A stretch of 62,739 nucleotides of DNA, counting the filler, from Globobulimina sp. (lineage: Eukaryota): NCBI GenBank assembly GCA_003354225.1. It is 11 parts of 11 records of this genome, joined end to end, with 100 filler letters (N's around TTAATTAATTAA, not from the genome) between each part and the next. Parts side by side here need not be neighbours in the genome. Positions count along the whole stretch, not along the records: positions 45,735 to 51,337 come from PIVH01000493.1; positions 51,438 to 57,039 come from PIVH01000494.1; positions 57,140 to 62,739 come from PIVH01000495.1; 8 more parts are not named here. The stretch is one strand, 5' to 3'. A model generated the notes under the pieces. It saw nothing but the letters and a program-made list of their open reading frames with translations. It was not told the DNA's origin and did no database searches. Position numbers and translations under genes: made by a program. Below are positions 50,224-59,364 of this stretch, piece by piece. How positions within the stretch are numbered: the first letter of the stretch is position 1; every line of letters starts with the position of its first letter.

Positions 50224-51337
50224 CCTTTGACCCGCAGTTCGCAAAAGAACTAAAATCAAGGCTTGATCAATTTACATCATTACATAATCAGCCCTCAAAA
50301 TATGTCAACCAATTGAATATTCCGGCATTTAATAAATATTTACAAGGAAAGCGAAAATATAAATCTGATATAAAATGGATAACAGTCGGCTTCCCTCTGT
50401 GGTTAAAAACACATTTTAAATCAAAAAATCAGCCATTAACAAAACCAAATAATCTTTGCACAAAAATATCAAATATTGCAAATACACCGCAAGAAGCTAT
50501 TGCAATCTTAGATAAAATGATAAAAGAAGCTGAAAATGGACAAATAGAACCATTTTTCGGCAAACCAGAATATATTGTTATGATATTTTGTGTGCCAAAA
50601 AAAGATGGCCAGGGTCGATACACAAAATTCCGTATAATCAGAAACGGTTCGTTTAAAACAAAAGTAACCTCTGCCATAAATGAGTGGATTCGACCCATAA
50701 AATGTAAAATCCCTTCTTTACCAAATTTAAAACAATATGTAAAAACTCTCATTGATTGTAATTTCTTTGCGATCAGAGATTTATCGGATTTCTTTCGCCA
50801 AATCGGACTTTGTGAGGAAGATTCGAATTATATTTGTTATTCTTTATTTGGGTTAGTATGGAGAGATCGTAAGCAACCTTATGGTATCTCTTCAGCCCCT
50901 GCAAACTGCCAATATTTTGCCCAAATATTAATTTGGATTTTAGATAATAAAATATTTGACAAAAATTGGAGAAATAAAACGTTAGTACATATTGATGATT
51001 TTGTATTGGGAGCAGTAAAAGAAGCAGATTGTGTTGAGATGGAACACCGATTTGATATATTGATGAAGGAATTAAATGTTCAGGTTTCTCTCAAAGAAAC
51101 CAGATTTATAAAAACGTGTCAAAAATCTGTGTTATATGGTATTTTTTTCGATTTACAACACAAAACCATCGGTATTCCTCCAATAAAATATAAAAACTTT
51201 AAACAATTATTATTTTACACAATGCAATATCGCGTAATCACAGGAGCTGCCCTTGAATCCATTTGTGGAACCATTATGCATTGGGCCCAATTAAAACAAC
51301 CAACAAAATCACTTTGTTGGAATTTATTACACTTTAT
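50224..51337 (+). CDS. Reverse transcriptase (DIRS-type), 3'-truncated
   Basis: FCVPKKDG, AINEWI, RDLSDFFRQ, QPYGISSAP, VHIDDFVL, ALESICG. Confidence 0.92.
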
Positions 51338-51437
51338 NNNNNNNNNNNNNNNNNNNNNNNNNNNNNNNNNNNNNNNNNNNNTTAATTAATTAANNNNNNN
51401 NNNNNNNNNNNNNNNNNNNNNNNNNNNNNNNNNNNNN

Positions 51438-52401
51438 CTTCAAACAGTTTCAATTGTTTTTCAAATCCTTTATTTGGGCAAACAACCTCTCGTTTATCTT
51501 TTGCACACTCTTTTGCATCATCAAAAGTCATATTTTTAGTTTTCATTAACCAGCCAATGACAATGGTGGCACTGCGAGAGATCCCCGCTGAGCAATGAAC
51601 TAACACAGCTTTACCAGATTCTATTCCATTATCAATAAACTTAAACACATTCTCAAAATATTGCTTAATGTTTGCCTGTTCCTGATCGTGAATTGCTATC
51701 CGAAAATATTGAACATTCCGATCTGTATCATGCTCAAAATAACATTTTTCATGTTCTGTCACATTAACAATGTATCCTATATTCAATCCACTGATTGTTC
51801 CAATGAGTCGAGCATGATTCACATTTCCTAAATACAATTTATTTTCAATGATACATGCTGGATATCGTCGATATATCACAGGTTTTTCTTTTACGATATT
51901 CAGTAATTTGTTAAATTCATCGTCAGCGTTATCTTCTTTTTGTTCAGGTAATGAATTATTTGATTTATCATTCAATTTTAAAATCGAGTGTGCGTCTTTC
52001 AGCATATCTGGAATACATAAAATAGGATATTTTTTGTGCCATTCTTCAAATGAAATGTTTAAATGATAAAATGGTATCTTATTGTTAATATTTTCATGTG
52101 TCAGGTTTTGTAATAAGGAAATAAATCGCATGTAATTGTCATTACGATCACTGATGATATAATATAACATTCCCATTGCAATTTTGCTTTTGTTATTTTG
52201 ATGCTTTTTTAATAATTCAATAAGTTGATCATTTGATAAATTAATATGGAATGGAATATTGATTGAGTTTACAATGTGTTGTGTTTTCCATGCTTCATAT
52301 GATCGGATATCAATTACAATCACGTTCCATGGTGCTTGCAGCCTGTTAAATAGCTCACAACTTTCTCTTTCTTCAAGAATGTAGGTAGATGGTTGTGCCA
52401 T
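51438..52401 (-). CDS. Dual-specificity (MAP kinase) phosphatase with N-terminal rhodanese domain, 3'-truncated
   Basis: IVIDIRS...HIVNSINI rhodanese motif; VLVHCSAGISRSAT; CPNKGFEKQL. Confidence 0.94.
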
Positions 52402-52426
52402 TACTTTATTTAAATGCAGCTAAAGA

Positions 52427-52873
52427 ATGTATCTTACTTTTCTCAATGGTGCACGAAATTGTCGAAACTTTGCCACTGATAAATCGTTGTTATTTGTATC
52501 TGTATCATCAATATGTAAAGGTAAAGGATTGGGATTATTTGCTGGTGTTGATTTTAAGAAAGGTGATTTGATTGAAGATTGTTTCGTTTCTAAACAACGA
52601 TTTGAATTAATTGATGCAGAGAAATTACGTTCAGATGAAAATTTTGAAGGCGTTTCAGATGAACATTTTGCATTTCAATGGGATCAGAAAGGCATTCATG
52701 TTCATTTTGCTCAGGGTTATATAGGATATGCCAATCATGCAAATGATCCAAATACATATTTAAACAGAGACATTGAAAATAATCGTATTCAAACATATGC
52801 TCTAAAAGATATCAAAAGTGGTCAAGAAATATCACATCATTACGATGATCCGAACATGACAAATTATCAATGA
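52427..52873 (+). CDS. Small stand-alone SET-domain protein
   Basis: KGLGLFA..FKKGDLIE, YANHANDPN, ALKDIKSGQEISHHY. Confidence 0.85.
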   Translation: MYLTFLNGARNCRNFATDKSLLFVSVSSICKGKGLGLFAGVDFKKGDLIEDCFVSKQRFELIDAEKLRSDENFEGVSDEHFAFQWDQKGIHVHFAQGYIGYANHANDPNTYLNRDIENNRIQTYALKDIKSGQEISHHYDDPNMTNYQ

Positions 52874-53090
52874 TTTATGCTATTTACATTGGAGCAAAGT
52901 CATATTTTATTTGTAACGTAAAAGTGTAAAATAATTTTCCCCATGTAATAGAAATACAACAGCGTTATATTCATAATCTGGCTGCGTTTTCTGCTTCTTC
53001 CGCTGTGCTTGTTTGTTGATCCACCATCAAATACTCTTTATTATATTATTATTATTATCACCAACATAGTAATTATAGGCTGATATCGGT

Positions 53091-53152
53091 CTCTTTCTTC
53101 AAGAATGTATGTAGATGCCGTGGTTGTGGCATTCTTTATTTAAATGCGCAGC
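53091..53152 (-). pseudogene. Degenerate duplicate of the phosphatase 5' end and upstream sequence (52365-52420)
   Basis: CTCTTTCTTCAAGAATGTA.GTAGATG...TGGTTGTG.CATT.CTTTATTTAAATGC is shared, with a frameshifting insertion. Confidence 0.75.
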
Positions 53153-53206
53153 TTAACACTGAGTGGTTCATTTGTAAAATTAGATATTTTTTGGAATAAA
53201 AATTAA

Positions 53207-53266
53207 TCTGTGGAAACCTTTCTGAGTGTAATTTAAATTATACTTTACTTGAAAGGTTTTCACAGA
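53207..53266. repeat. 60-bp imperfect palindrome
   Basis: TCTGTGGAAACCTTTC...AGTGTAATTTAAATTATACT...GAAAGGTTTTCACAGA. Confidence 0.7.
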
Positions 53267-53507
53267 AAAAAAAAAAAAAATTAATCGATCTAAAGTACAT
53301 GATTATAATTAAATATTTTATTTGTTGGCTGTTGTTAAAGACGTTGCCATATATCTCAAAAATATAACATTATCATCACAAACAACAACACCTAGAAATA
53401 AAACACACAAACACACAAACAAAAAAAAGGAGAAAAAAAGGAAAAACAAAGGATAGGAAAGGTATAAAACACACAAAAAAAAAAAGAAAACTAGTACTTA
53501 TAACAAA

Positions 53508-54671
53508 TTAAACATATAAATGTTCAATTTGAGGAATTGTTTTTGTATTTTCAATACTCATTAATTGAACAGATTTCGTCTGATTATAATCATGATAAGT
53601 AAGTATTTGTTGCACCACCTGCTGCAACACCTTCCTTGGTCCGATTTCAACAAACACATATTGCGCGTCTGCATCCTCATCTTTTTCAATATAATGCTTA
53701 ATGCATTGATAAAAATGGACGCGAGAATATAACTGTTTTGCTAATAAATAACAAATGCCCTCATTATTCTTTTCGTTTTTATTTTTTATATCATATTTGA
53801 TGTCATGTCCCAGCGCATTCAAATACAAATCACACTTTAACTCGGGATTGAAATCCATATTAATTAAATCGTTAAAATAAGTGTCAAATGTCGGCTTCAT
53901 TAAATATGAATGGTGCCCGCCCGCAATATCTAAATGTTTATATTTCAATTTCTGATCAAAATGGTCTGCATTGTTGAGTTGATTTAATGCTAATTCGAGA
54001 TCTGTTTTGTAGCCGCTTAAAACAATCTGATTTGGCGAATTGATATTGGCGATGTCGATGTTGTTGGACTCACAGATTTGAACGACATCATTCATGTTAT
54101 TCAAGATATTCTTTTCTTTAATATCTTTGGGATTGCTCATAACGACGCACATGCCCTGATTTGGGGCAGATTGCAAACGATTTGCTTCCGAAAACCTGTG
54201 GGTTATATATAATGCGTCGGCGAATGATTTGAATAATCCGCCTGCGGTCACTGCCGACATCTCGCCCATAGAATGGCCGATTATGGTCGCCTCGATGTTG
54301 TGCGCATTAAATATATTATCAATGTCGTATTCTGTCTGCAATATTCTCCAGATGCACATGGAATGGATGAACATCGCCATTCCGCCGTATTTCACAGTCG
54401 ATAATGTTTTCACGTCGCCATCGAACATGGTATTTGACAGTTTATATCCCAACATATCATCGCATTCGTCGAGAAGCGCATGGATATATTTGTAATCTTT
54501 GGCTAAATCTTTGCACATTCCAACATAATGAGAGCCCATACCGGGGAATAAAAAGCATACTTTTTGCGCTTTTCTCTTGAACTGAGACGACAGCGTGGAA
54601 TTCAATCGATTGTGTCCACCAAAAAGGCCTTTCATTTTCAAAGGAATCCTGCGCATTCTAAAAGACAGCAT
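53508..54671 (-). CDS. Malonyl-CoA:ACP transacylase-like (FabD/MCAT family), probable mitochondrial presequence
   Basis: FLFPGMGS, GHSMGE, IANINSPNQIVLSG, HSYLM, FVEIGP; Arg-rich N-terminus. Confidence 0.88.
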   Translation of the reverse strand: MLSFRMRRIPLKMKGLFGGHNRLNSTLSSQFKRKAQKVCFLFPGMGSHYVGMCKDLAKDYKYIHALLDECDDMLGYKLSNTMFDGDVKTLSTVKYGGMAMFIHSMCIWRILQTEYDIDNIFNAHNIEATIIGHSMGEMSAVTAGGLFKSFADALYITHRFSEANRLQSAPNQGMCVVMSNPKDIKEKNILNNMNDVVQICESNNIDIANINSPNQIVLSGYKTDLELALNQLNNADHFDQKLKYKHLDIAGGHHSYLMKPTFDTYFNDLINMDFNPELKCDLYLNALGHDIKYDIKNKNEKNNEGICYLLAKQLYSRVHFYQCIKHYIEKDEDADAQYVFVEIGPRKVLQQVVQQILTYHDYNQTKSVQLMSIENTKTIPQIEHLYV

Positions 54672-54789
54672 TGTCGATCGCAAGGTTGTTTTTTTGAATT
54701 AAGTAAAAAAGTTAATTTTATTTAAAACTATAAAAAAAAATATGAAGAAAAAACAAACAATGACATGAAATGCAATGAAATCAATTTTG

Positions 54790-57039
54790 TTAAACATTAT
54801 ATCTCGATTTAAGTATTTCTTGCGTATTCGGACTCAATCTGTTCATAATATTTTGCCAGTTCGGCGCCGCGTTTTTGAATCCTGCCAATACTTTTTGGAA
54901 CTGCTCATTCAAGAAAGTCGGCGGCTGCTTCCACTCCGCAATGGATTCAAACAAAATGGTGCAGCCGTTCCGCGACTGCACCACGGCGATGGGATTCTTC
55001 ATCACCACAACCATCAAGGTTTGGAACGCCTCGATCTTATCGTCGTCCTCCTGGAACATGGACAGCGACTTAATCCATTCCACTGCGAACTGGTCCCATT
55101 TCTTGATGATTTTGTTGGGGAACTTCTTGACTAAGCGCGCCATCGTAATGGCCACATTGGTCACGATGTACGGCGGAGACTTTTCGTACTTGAGTATCTC
55201 CACCAAACGCGACAAGATCTCGTCGCAATATCCTTCCATAATGCTCTCGCCATTGTCGCCCATCTGGTCGCCGTACACCATCAAACACTGTCCGATGCAC
55301 CACGACGCATTGGTGCACACCGTCTGCCAGTCCCAGTTGAGGTTCGCAATGATGATCTTCAGGAACTTGCAGATATGCATCTGCATCTCGCGCGCATTCA
55401 AAGTGATAATGTCGCCCAACAGCGCCAGGCCGTTGCGCCGAACATTGAAATGCGTCTCGCAGATCGAGCAATAGATCATGGCCAACAGCTTCTGATGGTT
55501 GCCGTTCCAAATCAGGTTCCGGATGCTCGGGTTGCATTTCTCCACCAACACGGCCAACAGATCCAGCCCGCAAACCCAAAACTCTTTGTTGGGTTTCTCG
55601 ATCGCCGCGTCCTGCTCATGCTGCGCCACGTATTCGTTGTATTCGCGGCACGCATTCTTGACATCCACGCAGATATTGAGCACCGTGTCGAAGATGTCGG
55701 GCAGGTAATTCTGCTGATAATGCTGCGTATGGCCGATGTGCGTGGTCCACTGCGTGATGGCCTCGAACAAGGGGAAGATGTTGGTGTCGCCGGTCAGCGA
55801 CACCCAGCGCTTCAGGATGGGCGGAAGCAGCGCGTCTTGGAACTTCGGGTCGCAGAGGATGTTGTTCTGGCTTTGCTGCTGGTTTTGCGTATTCTTGACG
55901 ATCACGTTGGTGCAGCACAGGATGACGTCGATTAAATGCGGGAAGTTGCGTAAATGGTAGTTTTCAAAAGCTTGCAGAAACGTATTGATCAGCGCTTCGA
56001 TGTACTCTTTCTTCGCTAAGATCTTCTCGTTGCACGAGGTCAGAAACGTGGCGATGGCGCCGCAAGACGCGCGTTGGACGCGTTTGGACGACGATTTCAT
56101 GCCAGATAGGAATTGGTACAGGATCTTCTCGTAAAAAATGTCGCCTTCCACGCTCGAATAGTACCAGTTACTGAAACGAGCGAGCGACCAAGACGCGATT
56201 TGTTGCACTAAGATATGCTTTTTATTGTCGCATTGCAGTAATATAAAGGGGATTAATTCTGGCAAGCTCGGGATGATTGACTCGTATTCGCGTTGTGTGA
56301 TTGCGCCTTTTTAGTATTAATATTTGCAGTGTTTCAGCGTCAGACGTTGCAAATTACGGAATTAAAAAAGAAATATATCAAATGAACATACCTAAGACTA
56401 ATAATCCGGCTTCGATGTCTAAAAAATCGCGCGACTCGACCATGTGTTTGATCATTGGCAGGACACAGGACAGCAACTTGGATTTCAGCTCACCGCCACA
56501 AAAGGACAGCTTTTCCAACTGCGTGGCTGCGCATTTCCGTATATTCCATGAGGACTCCTCCTCATCCATTTGGTACGCATTTACGTGTTCACCCGACTTA
56601 GTTTCATAGACATCCGCACCGCCTCTGTCCTTGTAATGTAACGGTGCCATATCCTCCGCCAAATCAGCACAACTTTGGTCATCCGTTGCGAAGTCAATCA
56701 ACGATAATAGCTCCTCCGTGTACTTACAGCGAGAGACTAAGACTGGCAATAATTTGGGAAAGAATTCAGTCAAATACTTGTTGTCTTTGCTGGTGTCGGT
56801 TGCGTATAAGGCCCAGAACTCCGCCGCGGTGCACGAGATGTCACTGTCTTTGGCGTTTTTGGTGGCATCTAAGATGAATTCGAATATGATACCGATGTTG
56901 TTAGTATTTGGACCACTTAATTTAATCCAATATTCATTCATTAATACAATGACGGTGTCCACGATGACTTTGGTCACACCGCCAATGTCATGGTGCCCGC
57001 CGTTCATTTGCAACAAGATTAAGTTTATATATTTATCCA
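54790..57039 (-). CDS. TNPO1: Transportin-1 (importin-beta2/Kap104), 5'-truncated; intron 56391..56307
   Basis: AAEFW, acidic loop then WNIRKCAATQL, KRVQRASCGA, KEFWVCGLDLL, VCTNASWCIG. Confidence 0.9.
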
Positions 57040-57820
57040 NNNNNNNNNNNNNNNNNNNNNNNNNNNNNNNNNNNNNNNNNNNNTTAATTAATTAANNNNN
57101 NNNNNNNNNNNNNNNNNNNNNNNNNNNNNNNNNNNNNNNTGAAAAGTATGTTTGTCAGTGAAAAAACAATGATTTTTCTAATTCAAACTATTACAGTATA
57201 TAAAAATCTTAATTGTATTGGTAAATGGTAACCCCTTAGAAAATCTATTTTTAAAAAAAATTAACCAACGCAAAATCTATATTTTTTTTTACATTTTAAA
57301 AAAGAAAGTTCACAAAAAATCGCATAAAAAAATCCAATTTTTTTAAAAAATCGCCAAAAAATCGCCAATTTGTTTACATTTAATGAAACAAAGATCACAA
57401 AATTCATAAAAAAAAATATAGACTAATCCTGTATTTTTTTGTGGTCATTCAATCCTTGCACTCAAAACTTCAGCGACCTCGCCACGACAAAAATCGTTTG
57501 AAAATGAGTTACATCACTTACATGCAAAATCAGTTCATACTGTTATTTAGTATTCTTCAGAGGAATATTATTCGATATGTGAAGGAATTTGGTCAAAAAG
57601 GGTTAATCCCTTTGAGAAAACCTTTACACGAAAAAACGACATTTTAAGCTTACTTCACTGTGATTGATTTAAACTTGAGATGAGCAACGTTTCTGTACCT
57701 ATTTATTTGTTGTCGGAGCGTTTAATGCAACCCATGAACACACTTGCTTCAGTTCAGCATTCTCAAAATTCAAATAATACATCAGAAACACATGTTTTTA
57801 CGCTATATACAAAGGATACA

Positions 57821-59233
57821 TTACACAGCATTCCACGCTTGAATGCTACAATGAGATGAAGAGTTTATGTGCAGATTTAACTCTAAATCATCAATTAATT
57901 GTGGTCGTTCTGCATTAATTTCAAAGTTAATATCAATAAATTTAATCTTTAATCGATCCCATCTTCCAAATTTTGTTTTCCTTCGTTTAACTTCATTATC
58001 ATCTTTATCATCAATAAAATATTGATTTTTATAAATATCTTTTCTATCCAATATAACAATAATAGTAAATGGGTTTGGTAAATCCACCAATTTATCCGGC
58101 CGAATCATTATATTTTTGCCAATTGTATCATAACCATAATGTATTTTCTCTCTATTATCAAACTGAATTCTTAAGGTAGTCATTATATACATCACTCAAC
58201 AAAATGCATCCAATGATTCAAATCCATATATATTGCTAAATCAAATATTGTTTGCGCATTTATACGGATTTGATCCACAAATAAATTCACTGACAGCTCG
58301 AGTCAAATATATTTACAACTACCTCAAGAAATGTTTTTCACAATCTTCAAACACAAACTTCCAACAATATTCCTCTCCAAATTTGGTTTTCCCCTCAATC
58401 CACAATCTCAGATTCGTTTGCGTGCCAATGGCAGTATGCACATCCCCTAATGTTTCAAATTTGAATCCTTGGCATCTTTCCCTATAAAAATTGCAATGTT
58501 TATTAAATAAATCAGTAAATGAGAAAACTAAATCTTTTATGGGAAATGGTACTGTTTGGTTTTTACGCTTTAGCTCTAATAAATTGTTTTCAATCTCTCT
58601 GATAAATCCATAAACCAATAACACCAAAACATTGTCATCATAAACATTTCGCGTTTTTTTAGCTTTTTGATGTTGATTGTCGTCAACATTTACAATGTGT
58701 GGAGTGGCTATACTTTGCGAAATATTATAGATGGAATTCCATGCTTTTATGGTCGTTTTGATTGACGAAATGAGAGTGATATCCATCATTAAATCTTGTG
58801 TCTCGAACTGTCGTTTTTGTGCAGATATCTCAGAATCGATGGATGGTATTTTAACTTTTAACTGATCCCAACCTGACTTTGTTTGATTTGCATCGGTTCT
58901 GTCAAATGTTACAATGATGTTGAATGACGTCGGCAGGTTTCCAGGCAATGTTTTGTTGATCTCATTGGTGCGGTTTTTTTTGTCAAAAAAGTTAATACGA
59001 ATAAAAGTATATTTACAGTTTTTAAATTGTATTTTCCATTGATTGCTTTTTTTATATAATGTTGAGGCGTTGAGATACAGTTTGCACATTGATAATGAAT
59101 TAATTTTGGCGATATTTTGCTTTTTGTTTTTGCTAAATGTAAACCCAGTGGACATATATGGATTGAATGTGCATGGAATGTAGTTGGTGTTGTTATTATC
59201 AACTATTTGAGACGAAGATTTAGAATTACCCAT
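57821..59233 (-). CDS. Hypothetical N-myristoylation-motif protein with two internal domain repeats; intron 58322..58170
   Basis: MGNSKSSS start. LPTSFNIIVTFDR..WDQLKVK..IKAWNSI repeats as LPNPFTIIVILDR..WDRLKIK..IQAWNAV. Splicing gives HFLRIQFD, matching TFIRINFF in repeat 1. Confidence 0.8.
58175..58323. mobile_element. 149-bp palindromic TTAA-target MITE forming an intron (introner candidate)
   Basis: TTAA|GGTAGT...ACTACC|TCAA with an internal inverted repeat. Intron length 153 equals element plus one 4-bp TSD. Confidence 0.75.
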
Positions 59234-59364
59234 TAAAAACGGAAAGTTGTGCGTTTTTCAGAAAAGTATGTCGATCCCTAGCCGTGAAGTTGAAAAACAA
59301 TGAAACAATGAAGAAACAGAACACAAAAAAACAGATATCACACATATTAATTTAACGTCTACAT

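Larger units (their letters stand above)
45735..51337 (+). mobile_element. DIRS/Ngaro-like retroelement, element B, truncated within pol
   Basis: Same ORF1-gag-RT order as element A with homologous proteins; terminal repeats not seen. Confidence 0.8.

Noticed and set aside
54775-55960. Several overlapping antisense ORFs of 100-200 aa (also over TOR and the ankyrin gene)
   Set aside because: Shadows of GC-rich coding sequence on the other strand; no motifs.
5630-57139. Regularly spaced TTAATTAATTAA motif about every 5.7 kb
   Set aside because: Artificial contig linker inside N-runs. No gene-neighbourhood inference across linkers is valid, and the ORF tails ending in X...LIN are artefacts.
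57140-57800. A-tract-rich region with a 68-aa ORF
   Set aside because: No coding signature, terminal repeats or RNA motif that can be supported.
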